A stretch of 64,000 nucleotides of DNA. It comes from Acidovorax sp. (GTDB taxonomy: Bacteria; Pseudomonadota; Gammaproteobacteria; Burkholderiales; Burkholderiaceae_C). The translations under genes were made by a program, and so were the position numbers. Positions 42,463 through 52,974 of the stretch are shown here, in pieces (positions within the stretch are counted from its first letter, which is position 1; every line of letters starts with the position of its first letter). The notes beneath the pieces are model-generated. The model ran no database searches, was not told the origin of the DNA, and saw only the letters and a program-made list of their open reading frames with translations. The stretch is from contig JAKFEA010000073.1 in assembly GCA_036675905.1 (NCBI GenBank), positions 223-64,222 of the forward strand, written 5' to 3'.

Positions 42463-44421
42463 GTGGGCGCTTCCTTCAACGAACAGTTCGACCAGCACGC
42501 CGCATGGCGGCGCGAGTTCGCCTTGCGGCTGAAGTTGCTGTCGGAGTGGCTGCGCGACCATGACCTGCTGGACGCCGCCGTCGAGGAACGCCTTCGCCGG
42601 CTGGAGTCGCAGATGCGCTCCGACAAGGTCATGGTGGCTTTCGTCGCCGAGTTCTCGCGCGGCAAGTCCGAGCTGATCAACGCGATCTTCTTCGCCGGCT
42701 ACAAGCGCCGCATCATGCCGGCCAGCGCGGGGCGCACGACCATGTGTCCCACCGAACTGGGGTACGACAGCGAAGTGCCGCCCTGCCTGCGCCTGCTGCC
42801 GATCGAGACCCGACTGCAGCCGCAGCCGTTGATGGAATGGCGCCTGGCACCGGAGAAGTGGACCCGGGTCGACCTGGACGTCAACGACCCGGCCCAGCTC
42901 GCCCAGGCCTTCGAGAAAGTCGCCGAGGTGCGGCACGTCAGCAAGGACGAGGCCAAGGCGCTGGGCTTCTGGCACGACGACGCGCCGGAAGACAACCCCA
43001 TGGTCGGCCCCGACGGCCGGGTGGAAGTGCCGCGCTGGCGTCACGCGCTGATCAACATCGCCCACCCGCTGCTCAAGCAGGGGCTGGTGATCCTGGACAC
43101 CCCGGGCCTGAACGCGATCGGCGCCGAGCCGGAACTGACCGTCAACCTGATCCCGCAGGCGCACGCGGTGGTGTTCATCCTGGCCGCCGACACCGGCGTC
43201 ACCAAGTCCGACCTGGCGATCTGGCGCGAGCACCTGCTGCCCGAGGGCGAGGACACCCATGCGCGGCTGGTGGTGCTCAACAAGATCGACACGATGTGGG
43301 ACTCGCTGAGCACCTCCGAGCAGGTGCAGGCGCAGATCGACCGCCAGCGAACCACGTCGGCCGAGATCCTGGGCCTGCCGCGCGAGCAGGTGATCCCGGT
43401 GTCGGCCCAGAAGGCGCTGGTCGCCAAGGTCGAGAACGACGCCGGCTTGCTGGCTGCCAGCCGGCTGCCGGTGCTGGAACACGCGTTGAGCGAGGGCGTC
43501 ATGGGCCAGCGGCAGCGCATCCTACGCGCCGCCGTGGCCGCGGGCATAGGCGAGCTGCGCACCGAGGCCGGCCGCGCGCTGAACATCCGCCGCCGCGACC
43601 TGGCCGAACAGACGCTGGAGCTCAAGGGCCTGCGCGGCAAGAACGCCTCGGTGATCCGCCACATGCGCTCGCGCATCGAGCAGGAGCAGCGCGAATTCGA
43701 CGTCAGCGGCGCCCGCATCCACGCGGTGCGGTCGGTTCACCTGAAGCTGCTGCGCGAGGTGTTCGACCTGCTGGGCTCGGCGTCGCTGAAGGACCAGATG
43801 GCGCAGCTCACCGGCGAATTGAGCCAACCGGGCATCAAGCTGGGCGTCAAGCGCGCGTACGCCCGCACCTTCGAGCACCTGCGCCAGGGCCTGCGCAAGG
43901 CGCAGTCGACCAGCGACGAAATCCAGTCCATGCTGACCGGCACCTTCCGGCAGCTCAATGCCGAATACGGCTTCTCGCTGCAGCCGCCCAAGGAGCCCGA
44001 CCTGGCGCGCTACCAGCGCGACCTGGACCTGGTCGAGCGCGGCCACCAGCAGTACCTGGGCATGGGTAACGCGTTCCGCCTGGCGCAGCCCGAGTTCGCC
44101 GACCGCCTGGTGCGGGCCCTTTCCACCCGACTGCGCGCGGTGCACGAGTCTGCCCTGGCCGAGGTGGAGCTGTGGAACAAGGCAGCGGCCGCCCAGCTCG
44201 ATGCGCAATTGCGCGAGCGCCGGCGCAACTTCAGCCGCCGGCTGGAGGCGATCGAGCGCATCCAGCAGGCCGCCACCGGACTGGACGACCGCATCGGCGA
44301 GATCGAGGTGCAGGACCGTGTGCTCGATGCGCTGGACGCCAAGCTGCTGGAGCTGACCCAGCACCTGGTCGCGACTCCCGCGCAAGCTGCGGACGCAACC
44401 CCCCAACTGCAACGAGCATGA
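42463..44421 (+). CDS. Bacterial dynamin-like GTPase
   Basis: AEFSRGKS (G1), RTT (G2), DTPG (G3) and NKID (G4); helical coiled-coil C-terminus. Confidence 0.85.
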   Translation: MGASFNEQFDQHAAWRREFALRLKLLSEWLRDHDLLDAAVEERLRRLESQMRSDKVMVAFVAEFSRGKSELINAIFFAGYKRRIMPASAGRTTMCPTELGYDSEVPPCLRLLPIETRLQPQPLMEWRLAPEKWTRVDLDVNDPAQLAQAFEKVAEVRHVSKDEAKALGFWHDDAPEDNPMVGPDGRVEVPRWRHALINIAHPLLKQGLVILDTPGLNAIGAEPELTVNLIPQAHAVVFILAADTGVTKSDLAIWREHLLPEGEDTHARLVVLNKIDTMWDSLSTSEQVQAQIDRQRTTSAEILGLPREQVIPVSAQKALVAKVENDAGLLAASRLPVLEHALSEGVMGQRQRILRAAVAAGIGELRTEAGRALNIRRRDLAEQTLELKGLRGKNASVIRHMRSRIEQEQREFDVSGARIHAVRSVHLKLLREVFDLLGSASLKDQMAQLTGELSQPGIKLGVKRAYARTFEHLRQGLRKAQSTSDEIQSMLTGTFRQLNAEYGFSLQPPKEPDLARYQRDLDLVERGHQQYLGMGNAFRLAQPEFADRLVRALSTRLRAVHESALAEVELWNKAAAAQLDAQLRERRRNFSRRLEAIERIQQAATGLDDRIGEIEVQDRVLDALDAKLLELTQHLVATPAQAADATPQLQRA

Positions 44422-45464
44422 CCGCGCAGCCGCGCGACATCGCCGGCCGCGTGGTGAGCTGGCAGCGGCGGCATGGCCGGCAGGCCCTGCCTTGGCAGGG
44501 CACGCGGGATCCCTATCGTGTCTGGCTCTCCGAGGTCATGCTGCAGCAGACGCAGGTGGCCACCGTGCTGGCCTACTACGGGCGCTTCCTGCAGCGATTC
44601 CCCGATGTGGCGACGCTGGCGGCCGCGCAGCTCGACGAGGTGCTGGCGCTGTGGAGCGGGCTGGGCTACTACAGCCGCGCACGCAACCTGCACCGGTGCG
44701 CGCAGAGGGTGGTCGATGAACACGGCGGCAGCTTTCCGGCCAGCTCGGCCGCGCTGGAGCAGTTGCCGGGCATCGGCCGGTCGACTGCGGCCGCGATCGC
44801 GGCTTTCTGCTGGGACGAGCGCGCCGCCATCCTCGACGGCAACGTCAAGCGCGTGCTGGCGCGCGTGCTGGCTTGCGGCGAGGACCTGTCGCAGGCTCGC
44901 GCCGTGCAGGCGTTGTGGGCGCAAGCCGAAGAACTGCTGCCTGCCGCTGCGTGCGACATGCCGGCCTACACCCAGGGCCTGATGGACCTGGGCGCGACGG
45001 TATGCCTCGCGCGCAATCCGTCCTGCCTGCTCTGCCCGCTGGAGGACATGTGCATCGCACGGCGCGAGCCGTCGCCGGAGCGCTACCCGGTCAAGAGCCG
45101 GCGCACGCGACGCAGTTCGCAGTCGCTCTGGCTGTTGCAGGCGCGATCCCGCGACGGCGCGATCTGGCTGGAGAAGCGTCCTTCACCGGGTGTCTGGGCC
45201 GGGCTGTACTGCCTGCCGGTGTTCGATTCGCGCGAAGCACTCGCCTCGGCGCTGCCCGTTGCGGCGCGGCGCCGGCTGGACGATCGCGAACCCTTCGTGC
45301 ACGTGCTGACGCACCGCGACCTGCATCTGCATCCGGTGGCGGTGGAACTGGCGGGGGCGGCCATGCGCCGGCGCGAAGGCGCGTGGTTCGCCGGCGAGGA
45401 ATGGCCTGCGCTGGGCCTGCCGGCGCCGGTGCGGCGCCTGCTGGCAGAAAGCACGCCGAGCTAG
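44418..45464 (+). CDS. mutY: A/G-specific adenine glycosylase
   Basis: [26 protein letters not shown], Hh[10 protein letters not shown] and Fe-S Cys motif. Confidence 0.97.
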   Translation: MTAQPRDIAGRVVSWQRRHGRQALPWQGTRDPYRVWLSEVMLQQTQVATVLAYYGRFLQRFPDVATLAAAQLDEVLALWSGLGYYSRARNLHRCAQRVVDEHGGSFPASSAALEQLPGIGRSTAAAIAAFCWDERAAILDGNVKRVLARVLACGEDLSQARAVQALWAQAEELLPAAACDMPAYTQGLMDLGATVCLARNPSCLLCPLEDMCIARREPSPERYPVKSRRTRRSSQSLWLLQARSRDGAIWLEKRPSPGVWAGLYCLPVFDSREALASALPVAARRRLDDREPFVHVLTHRDLHLHPVAVELAGAAMRRREGAWFAGEEWPALGLPAPVRRLLAESTPS

Positions 45465-46345
45465 GCGCGTTCCAGCTCGCGGTGGCGCTTGAGCGTGGTC
45501 CAGTCCGCGCCGAAGGCCGCGGCCAGCCGCTCGACCAGGTAGACCGACCGGTGCTGGCCGCCGGTGCAGCCTATGGCCACCGTGACATAGCTGCGGTGGT
45601 CCTGGGCCAGTGGCTCCAGCCATTGCCGCAGGAAGCCCTCGATGCAGGCGCGCATGCGCTCGACGTCCGGCTGCTGCTGCAGGAATTCCGCCACCGGCTC
45701 GTCGAGCCCGGTGAGGTCGCGCAGTGCCGGCTCGTAGTGCGGGTTGGGCAGCATGCGCACGTCGAACACGTAGTCGGCGTCCACCGGGATGCCGCGCTTG
45801 AATGCGAACGACTGGAACACCAGCGTGAGCTGGCTGGGCGGCGCGGCCAGCAAGGCCTTGACCTGGGCTTGCAGGTGGGCCGGGCGGATCGTGCTGCTGT
45901 CGATCACGTGGGACTGCTCGCGCAGGTCGGCCAGCAGCTCGCGCTCGAGCTCGATGGCGTCGACCAGCGCGCGCCGGCGCACCAGCGGGTCGGCCGGCTC
46001 GGCCGCGACCTGGCTGGACAGCGGGTGACGGCGCCGCGTTTCGGAGAAGCGGCGAACCAGCGTGTCGGTGGTGGAGTCGAGGAACAGCGAGCGGATGTTC
46101 ATGCCGCCGTCGCGCAGCTGGCGCAGCTGCTGCGGCACCAGCGGCAGCGCGGTGGCACTGCGCACGTCGATGGCGATGCCCACCCGCTGCTGGGCCTTCT
46201 TGGCCTGCTCCAGCGCCACGAAGGACTGCAGCAGTTCGGGCGGCAGGTTGTCCACGCAGTAATAGCCGGCGTCCTCCAGCGCGCGCAGGGCCACGGTCTT
46301 GCCCGACCCGGACATGCCCGTGATGAGGACCAGTTCCAGGCTCAT
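45461..46345 (-). CDS. rapZ: RNase adapter protein RapZ
   Basis: [25 protein letters not shown] and [10 protein letters not shown]. Confidence 0.95.
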   Translation of the reverse strand: MSLELVLITGMSGSGKTVALRALEDAGYYCVDNLPPELLQSFVALEQAKKAQQRVGIAIDVRSATALPLVPQQLRQLRDGGMNIRSLFLDSTTDTLVRRFSETRRRHPLSSQVAAEPADPLVRRRALVDAIELERELLADLREQSHVIDSSTIRPAHLQAQVKALLAAPPSQLTLVFQSFAFKRGIPVDADYVFDVRMLPNPHYEPALRDLTGLDEPVAEFLQQQPDVERMRACIEGFLRQWLEPLAQDHRSYVTVAIGCTGGQHRSVYLVERLAAAFGADWTTLKRHRELERA

Positions 46346-47994
46346 GGCGCGCTGCTGCCCAGCATTTCCTTGGCGTGGGCCAGCGTGGTGCCGGACAGCC
46401 GTTCGCCTCCCAGCATGCGGGCCACTTCCGCGACCCGTTGCTCGCCCTGCACGGCGGCAACACTGCTGGTGGTGGCCGACCCGTCACTGTGCTTGGAGAC
46501 GACCAGGTGGTGGTCGGCGCAGGCCGCCACCTGAGGCAGGTGCGTGACGGCCAGCACCTGCCTGTCGCGGCCCAGCTGCTTCATCAGCCGCCCCACGGTT
46601 TCGGCCACTGCGCCGCCTACCCCCGCATCCACCTCGTCGAAGATCAGAGTGCCGGCAGTGCCCAATCGACTGGTGGTGACGGCGATCGCCAGCGCGATGC
46701 GGGAAAGCTCGCCACCCGAAGCGACCTTGGCCACCGGACGCGGCGTGGCGCCAGGATGGCCCGCGACGAGGAAGCCCACGTCGTCGAGGCCCGACGCGCA
46801 AGGCTGGGCCAGTGGCTGCAGCGAGACCTCGAAGCGGCCGCCTTGCATGCCCAGTCCTTGCATGGCTTGGGTGATGGCCTGGGCCAGCCTGGGCGCAGCC
46901 TTGGCGCGCGCCTTGGACAGTGCCGTGGCCGCGGACTTGTAGGCGCGCGAGGCCTGCTGCTCGGTCGTTTCCAGTCCGGCCAGGTCGGCGGCCTGGTCGA
47001 GCTTGGCGAGTTCGGCTTTCCAGGTCGCCAGCAGGCCGGGGAGCTCCGCCGGGCCGCGCTTGTAGCGGCGCGCGAGCGACAGCCACTGCGCCATGCGCTC
47101 GTCCAGTTGCGCCAGCCGCTCGGGGTCCATGTCGGTCCTGCGCAGGTAGGTGTGCAGCGAGTGCGCGGCGTCCTCGGCCTGGGCAAGGGCGGAGGACATG
47201 ACTTCGATCAGCGCCTGGAACTGCGGCTCCAGATGCTCCTGCGCCTGCAACTGCGAGAGGGCGTGGGACAGCTGGCGGGTGGCGCCCCCCTCGTCGCCAT
47301 CGAGCGCCAGCACCGCGCCGCCGGCCGCATCGAGCAGGGCCTGGGCGTGCGACAGGCGCGTGTGGCTGGCGTTCAGCTCGTCCCACTCGTCGTCGCCGGG
47401 CGCGAGCTTGTCCACCTCGCCGATCTGCCAAGCCAGGCGCTCGCGCTCGCGCTGCAGGGAGTCCTGGGCCTCGCGTGCCTGCTCGAGCGCCTTGCGTGCC
47501 GTCCGCCACTGATGCCAGGCCTGCTGCACGGGTGCGTCGGAAGCGCCCGCGTAGGCGTCGAGCAGTTCGCGCACCGCGTCGGCGCGGGTCAGGCTTTGCC
47601 AGGCATGCTGGCCATGGATGTCCACCAGCAGTTCGCCGGCCTGCCGTAACTGGGCGGCCGTGGCCGGGGTGCCGTTGATCCAGGCGCGGCTCTTGCCCTG
47701 GGTGTCGATGCTGCGGCGCAGCAGCAGGCTGTCGCCGGCCTCGAGGCCGGCTTCTTCCAGCCAGGCTTGCAGGCCGGCGTGCAGGTCGAATTCGGCGCTG
47801 ATGTCGGTGCGGGCTGCGCCCTCCCGAACGACACCGGCGTCCGCCCGCGCGCCCAAGGCCAGTTGCAAAGCGTCGACCAGGATGGACTTGCCGGCGCCCG
47901 TCTCGCCGGTCAGCACGGTGAAGCCCGCGCCCAGCTCCAGTTCCAGTTCGCGCACGATCACGAAATCGCGCAACCCGATGCGCCTGAGGCTCAC
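46342..47994 (-). CDS. recN: DNA repair protein RecN
   Basis: [22 protein letters not shown] and [10 protein letters not shown]; GTG start overlaps the nadK stop. Confidence 0.96.
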   Translation of the reverse strand: MSLRRIGLRDFVIVRELELELGAGFTVLTGETGAGKSILVDALQLALGARADAGVVREGAARTDISAEFDLHAGLQAWLEEAGLEAGDSLLLRRSIDTQGKSRAWINGTPATAAQLRQAGELLVDIHGQHAWQSLTRADAVRELLDAYAGASDAPVQQAWHQWRTARKALEQAREAQDSLQRERERLAWQIGEVDKLAPGDDEWDELNASHTRLSHAQALLDAAGGAVLALDGDEGGATRQLSHALSQLQAQEHLEPQFQALIEVMSSALAQAEDAAHSLHTYLRRTDMDPERLAQLDERMAQWLSLARRYKRGPAELPGLLATWKAELAKLDQAADLAGLETTEQQASRAYKSAATALSKARAKAAPRLAQAITQAMQGLGMQGGRFEVSLQPLAQPCASGLDDVGFLVAGHPGATPRPVAKVASGGELSRIALAIAVTTSRLGTAGTLIFDEVDAGVGGAVAETVGRLMKQLGRDRQVLAVTHLPQVAACADHHLVVSKHSDGSATTSSVAAVQGEQRVAEVARMLGGERLSGTTLAHAKEMLGSSAP

Positions 47995-48887
47995 GATCCG
48001 CCCTCGTTCCAGTGGAGTTTCTTGCGCAGCGTGTCGTAGTAGCTCCAGCCGCGCGGATGCAGGAAGCGCACCTGGTGCTGCGAGCGGCGGACCATGACCC
48101 GGTCGCCGTGCAGCAGCGAAGCGAGCGACTGCATGTCGAAGTTGGCGCTGGCGTCCCGGCCGGCGACCAGTTCGATGGCGATCTCCACCGAATCGGGGAT
48201 GACGATGGGCCGGTTGGACAGCGTATGCGGCGCGATCGGCACCAGCGCGAATGCCGGGTTGCCCGGGTGCAGCATGGGGCCGCCCGCCGACAGCGCGTAG
48301 GCCGTGGAGCCGGTCGGCGTGGCGATGATCAGGCCGTCGGCGCGCTGGCTGGCCACGAAATGGCCATCCACCTCGATGCGCAGTTCCACCATGCCGGAGG
48401 TGGCGCCGCGGTTGACCACCACGTCGTTCATGGCCTGGGCCTTGAACACGCAGTGGCCGTCGCGCATCACCTGGGCCAGCATCAGGCAGCGCCGGTCTTC
48501 CTCGAACTCGCCGCGCAGCATCGGGCCCAGCACTTCGCGGTAGCTGTCCAGCCGGATGTCGGTGATGAAACCCAGGCGCCCCTGGTTGATGCCGATCAGC
48601 GGCACGCCGTGCCGGGCCAGTTGCCGGCCTATGCCCAGCATGGTGCCGTCGCCGCCGACCACCAGGCCCAGGTCGCAGCGCTCGCCGATGGCAGGCACGT
48701 CCAGCACGGTGTAGCCGACCATGCCGCAAGCCGTGGCCGTGTCGTGCTCGATCGCGACGTCGCAGCCCTCGTCCGACAGGTAGTGGGCGATGTCCTCCAG
48801 CGCGGCGCGGTTGCCCGCCGCCGCGGCCCCGCCGGCGGCGGCGTGGTACTTGCCGATCAGGGCGACGCGCTGGAACAGGGGCTTCAT
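47991..48887 (-). CDS. nadK: NAD kinase
   Basis: GGDGTML, NQGRLGF and [14 protein letters not shown]. Confidence 0.96.
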   Translation of the reverse strand: MKPLFQRVALIGKYHAAAGGAAAAGNRAALEDIAHYLSDEGCDVAIEHDTATACGMVGYTVLDVPAIGERCDLGLVVGGDGTMLGIGRQLARHGVPLIGINQGRLGFITDIRLDSYREVLGPMLRGEFEEDRRCLMLAQVMRDGHCVFKAQAMNDVVVNRGATSGMVELRIEVDGHFVASQRADGLIIATPTGSTAYALSAGGPMLHPGNPAFALVPIAPHTLSNRPIVIPDSVEIAIELVAGRDASANFDMQSLASLLHGDRVMVRRSQHQVRFLHPRGWSYYDTLRKKLHWNEGGS

Positions 48888-48981
48888 CGCCGCAGATTAA
48901 ACCATCGGCGAAGCGCGCGAGAAACCGCCTGCGACCTCGGCTTCTCCCCCGGATTCCTTAGAATGGCCGCAAGGCCCCACC

Positions 48982-50004
48982 ATGCTCGATGACCGTGCCA
49001 AGTTGTTGCTGAAAGCGCTGGTCGAGCGCTACATCGCCGAGGGCCAGCCGGTAGGCTCGCGCACCCTCTCGCGTGCCTCCGGGCTGGAGCTGTCGCCCGC
49101 GACCATCCGCAACGTGATGTCCGACCTGGAGCAGCTGGGACTGATCGCCAGCCCCCACACCTCCGCCGGCCGCGTGCCCACCGCCCGCGGGTACCGCCTG
49201 TTCGTGGACACCATGATGACGGTGCAGCGCGAGCAGTTCTCGGCGCCCAGCCTGCCGGCCGACCAGCCGCAGCGCGTGATCGCCAACGCCGCCCAGCTGC
49301 TGTCCAACCTGTCGCACTTCGTCGGCGTGGTGGTGGCGCCCAAGCGCAACTCGGTGTTCCGCCACATCGAGTTCATGCGGCTGTCGGAGCGCCGCTACCT
49401 GGTGATCATCGTCTCGCCCGACGGGGACGTGCAGAACCGCGTCGTCTTCACCGATACCGACTACACCCATCAGCAACTGGTGGAGGCCGCCAATTTCCTC
49501 AACGCGCACTATGCCGGGCTGGCCATCGAGCAGGTGCGCGAGCGCCTGAAGACCGAGGTGGAGCAGCTGCGCGGCGAGATCGTGCAGCTGATGCAGACGG
49601 CGGTGCAGGCCAGCTCCGAGGCCTTCGAGCAGGCGCAGGACGAGGTGGTGATCTCCGGCGAGCGCAACCTGCTGGAGGTGTCGGACTTCTCCAGCGACAT
49701 GTCGCACCTGCGCAAGGCGTTCGAGCTGTTCGAGCAGAAGACGCAGCTCATGCGCCTGCTGGAGATCTCCAGCCAGGCCGAGGGCGTGCGCATCTACATC
49801 GGCGGCGAGAGCCAGGTCGTGCCCATCGAAGAGCTGTCGGTCGTCAGTGCCCCCTACGAGGTCGACGGCCAGGTGGTCGGCACCCTGGGCGTGATCGGCC
49901 CCACCCGCATGCCCTACGACCGGATGATCCAGATCGTGGACATCACGTCGCGGCTGGTCAGCAATGCGCTGAGCCACAACAAACCCGGGTCGGACGGGCG
50001 TTGA
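48982..50004 (+). CDS. hrcA: Heat-inducible transcription repressor
   Basis: [26 protein letters not shown] and GVIGPTRM. Confidence 0.97.
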   Translation: MLDDRAKLLLKALVERYIAEGQPVGSRTLSRASGLELSPATIRNVMSDLEQLGLIASPHTSAGRVPTARGYRLFVDTMMTVQREQFSAPSLPADQPQRVIANAAQLLSNLSHFVGVVVAPKRNSVFRHIEFMRLSERRYLVIIVSPDGDVQNRVVFTDTDYTHQQLVEAANFLNAHYAGLAIEQVRERLKTEVEQLRGEIVQLMQTAVQASSEAFEQAQDEVVISGERNLLEVSDFSSDMSHLRKAFELFEQKTQLMRLLEISSQAEGVRIYIGGESQVVPIEELSVVSAPYEVDGQVVGTLGVIGPTRMPYDRMIQIVDITSRLVSNALSHNKPGSDGR

Positions 50005-50057
50005 CGCCTGCGACCCCGGACCGGCGTGCGGCGCGTCCCTACAATCCGTCCACGGTC

Positions 50058-50134
50058 GGGGCGTTAGCTCAGTTGGTCAGAGCAGGGGACTCATAATCCC
50101 TTGGTCGCTGGTTCGAGCCCAGCACGCCCTACCA
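50058..50134 (+). tRNA. tRNA with CAT anticodon, most likely tRNA-Ile2 (lysidine)
   Basis: GGGGCGTTAGCTCAG...GGGGACTCATAATCCCTTGGTCGCTGGTTCG...ACCA; resembles E. coli ileX, with a paired 1-72 position unlike initiator Met. Confidence 0.9.
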
Positions 50135-50188
50135 GCCGTCCCAGACGGGGTCGGCCCGTCCGCGCCACCTGCTATACTCGCCGGCTTC

Positions 50189-50265
50189 GCGGCTGTAGCT
50201 CAGTTGGATAGAGTACTTGGCTACGAACCAAGGGGTCGTGGGTTCGAATCCTGCCAGCCGCGCCA
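50189..50265 (+). tRNA. tRNA-Arg(ACG)
   Basis: GCGGCTGTAGCTCAGTTGGATAGAGTACTTGGCTACGAACCAAG...GTTCGAATCC...GCCA. Confidence 0.96.
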
Positions 50266-50271
50266 TCCATG

Positions 50272-50301
50272 AAAGGCCAGTGCACTTGCACTGGCCTTTT
50301 T
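50272..50301 (+). terminator. Terminator after tRNA-Arg
   Basis: AAAGGCCAGTGCA-CT-TGCACTGGCCTTTTT. Confidence 0.85.
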
Positions 50302-50492
50302 CATTCCCGTCGAGTAGCCGGCGTCCTACGCCATGAGCGCTACGCGGCTGACACAGCAGTAACGAGCCGGTTCCCTACAGTGGGGCCGCCCATGAAAACT
50401 TTCCTTACGCCATGTAAGCGCGGGATGCCCGTCGCGGCGGGCATGGCGGCTTCATGGCGCGATGGCCCGCCGGAGGGCGCGGGAGGACGGCG

Positions 50493-52379
50493 GTGATCGA
50501 GCTCCTGTCGCGCGCCGAGGCGGCCGTGCGGCGAGTGCGGGCCGTGCAGCCCGCCAAGCCGACGCGGGGCCAACCCCTCACGCCCGACCAGCTGGCAATG
50601 CTGCATTCGGCGCCGTTGTTGCCGACTGACGAGCCGCAGCGGCTGGCCGAGCTGCGCGATTTCGGCATCCTGGATACCGAGCCCGACGAGGACTACGACG
50701 GACTGGTGCAGCTGGCTGCCGGGGTCTGCGGCACGCCCATGGCGGCGCTGACCTTCGTCGACGCCTCGCGCCAGTGGTACAAGGCCCGCGTCGGCATCCC
50801 CGTGGCCGACGCCGCGCGCGACGCCGGCTTCTGCGCCCGCGCCATCCTGGGCAAGGAGAGCGTCCTGGAAGTGCCGGATGCAGCCGCCGCCCCCTGGTTC
50901 GATCCCTTCCTGCACGGCCCGGACTCGCGGCCGGTGCGCTTCTATGCCGGCGTGCCGCTGCGCACGCGCGAGGGCAGCGCGATCGGCACGCTGTGCGTGA
51001 TGGACGAGATCCCCAGGCGCTTGACGCCGGCGCAGCGGCAGGCGCTCGAGCGACTGGGGCGCGCCGTGTGCTCCCAGCTCGGGCTGCGCCGCCAGTTGCG
51101 CCTGGCCACCCAGACCGACCGGCTGACCGGCCTGCCCAACTGGCTGCATTTCGAGTCGCAGTTCGAATCGGCCCACCCGCGCCAGGGCGTGGTCTGCTTC
51201 GTGCGGCTGAAGGCGCTCAGCCAGATCAGCACCGCCCACGGCTTCCGGGTGGCCGACGCGCTGGTGCAGCAGACCGCCGGCCGCCTGCGAGCGCTGGCGG
51301 ACCAGGGCGCCTTCATCGGACGGATCAAGCGCGGGTTGTTCCTGCTGTTCTTCCCCGACATGGAGCCCGGCGCCTTCACGCGGCTGCAGGCTCCCCGGGT
51401 CGCAGCCCAGCTGCAGGCGCCCTACGCGGTCAACGAGCTGACGCTGGTCTGCCCCGTGCACCTGGGCTTTGCCGCCTACCCGCGCGATGGTGCGACGCTC
51501 GACGAGGTGGTCAACGCGGCGGACAACGCCCTGCAGCTGGCGATCGAGCGCGACGAGCCGGCGGCCTTCTTCGACCGCTACGTCGACACCGCGGCCAGCA
51601 CGCACTACCGCCTGGAGCCGCAGTTGCGCGCAGCGCTGGCGCGCGACGAGTTCGTCAACCACTACCAGCCCAAGGTGGACCTGGCCAGCGGCCGCATCGT
51701 GGGCGTGGAGGCGCTGATCCGCTGGATCCATCCGCAGCGCGGCCTGGTGCCGCCGTCGGAGTTCGTGCCGGCGCTGGAGGCGACGGGCCTGATCCGCGAC
51801 GTCGGCCGTCACATCCTGGAGCGCGCGGCGGACGATTGGCAGCTATGGCACGACGCCGGCCTGCCGGCGCCCCGCATCGCGGTGAACGTCGCGGCCGCGC
51901 AGCTGCGCGACGGCGAGTTCGTGCAGCACTTGCGCGCCGCGCTGGCGCGCGCAGGCGGCAATGCCGCTGCGCTCGGCATCGAGGTCACGGAGAGCGTGCT
52001 GATCAGCAACATGGAGCGCGCCGTCGACGTGCTCAGCCAGGTGCGCGCGCTGGGGCTGCCGGTGGCGATCGATGATTTCGGCACCGGCTACTCGTCGCTG
52101 GCCTACATCGTCACCCTGCCGGTCGATGAGGTGAAGATCGACCGCTCCTTCGTTGCCAGGATCACCACCGATGCGGCCTACAGCGGCCTGGTGGGCACCT
52201 GCGTCAGCCTCGCCCGCAACCTCAGCCTCAAGGTGGTGGCCGAGGGCGTGGAGACCGAAGCGCAGGCGCGCGAACTGCTGGCACTCAAGTGCGACCAGGC
52301 CCAAGGCTATCTGTACAGCCCGCCCGTGCCGGCCGCCGAACTCGCGCGCATGCTGGCCTGCCGTGAAATGCCGGCCTGA
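50493..52379 (+). CDS. GAF, degenerate GGDEF and EAL c-di-GMP phosphodiesterase
   Basis: GAF (EPQRLAELRDFGILDT, RFYAGVPL); GGDEF position reads IKRGLF; EAL, DDFGTGYSSL and AEGVET intact; GTG after GGAGGA, start uncertain. Confidence 0.88.
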   Translation: MIELLSRAEAAVRRVRAVQPAKPTRGQPLTPDQLAMLHSAPLLPTDEPQRLAELRDFGILDTEPDEDYDGLVQLAAGVCGTPMAALTFVDASRQWYKARVGIPVADAARDAGFCARAILGKESVLEVPDAAAAPWFDPFLHGPDSRPVRFYAGVPLRTREGSAIGTLCVMDEIPRRLTPAQRQALERLGRAVCSQLGLRRQLRLATQTDRLTGLPNWLHFESQFESAHPRQGVVCFVRLKALSQISTAHGFRVADALVQQTAGRLRALADQGAFIGRIKRGLFLLFFPDMEPGAFTRLQAPRVAAQLQAPYAVNELTLVCPVHLGFAAYPRDGATLDEVVNAADNALQLAIERDEPAAFFDRYVDTAASTHYRLEPQLRAALARDEFVNHYQPKVDLASGRIVGVEALIRWIHPQRGLVPPSEFVPALEATGLIRDVGRHILERAADDWQLWHDAGLPAPRIAVNVAAAQLRDGEFVQHLRAALARAGGNAAALGIEVTESVLISNMERAVDVLSQVRALGLPVAIDDFGTGYSSLAYIVTLPVDEVKIDRSFVARITTDAAYSGLVGTCVSLARNLSLKVVAEGVETEAQARELLALKCDQAQGYLYSPPVPAAELARMLACREMPA

Positions 52380-52383
52380 GTCG

Positions 52384-52785
52384 TCAGGCATTGGCCGGCT
52401 GCAGCGCCGCAGCCTGCGCGCATTGCCGCGCGCAGTAGTCGACCAGCACGTCGATCTCGGTGGACTTGTCGAAGACGGCGTCCACTCCCATGCGGGCGCA
52501 GCGCTTGCGCACCGCGGCGTTGACGTAGTTGCTGAACACCACCACCTTGCAGCCAGGCGGCCGGCCGGACAGCCGCTGGGCGAGCCTCAAGCCGCTGCCC
52601 GACTTCAGGAACAAGTCCACGATGGCCAGGTCCCAGGGATGCTGCCCGTCTGCGAGCCAGTCATGCGCCTCGTCCTCGCCGCCGGCGCTGCCCACCACGC
52701 GCACGCAGGTCAACTCCTCGAGCGCGCCGGCCAGGTTGTCGCGGCTGGTGGCGTTGTCTTCGACGAGAAAGGTCTTGATGTCCAC
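52384..52785 (-). CDS. Single-domain response regulator (receiver only)
   Basis: FLVEDN, AIVDLFL, VVFS and FDKS; no output domain; GTG start approximate. Confidence 0.85.
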   Translation of the reverse strand: MDIKTFLVEDNATSRDNLAGALEELTCVRVVGSAGGEDEAHDWLADGQHPWDLAIVDLFLKSGSGLRLAQRLSGRPPGCKVVVFSNYVNAAVRKRCARMGVDAVFDKSTEIDVLVDYCARQCAQAAALQPANA

Positions 52786-52974
52786 GGCACTCTGCAGCGG
52801 GTAAGGGGGCGTATCAGGCGTTACCCACTTTATTCGCACCGATGGCCCGGCGACTGCGTCGCCGGCCCGAGCTGCGGTAGGAATGGGCCTACCGGCCCGC
52901 GCACGGCAGCCGTCTTAACATGGCCGTTGCCCCGCGGGACCCGTACCCGTACTTCCAAGTTGCGACACTGATCC

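Noticed and set aside
50058-50134. tRNA-Met assignment from the CAT anticodon
   Set aside because: The body resembles ileX-type tRNA-Ile2 and lacks initiator features.
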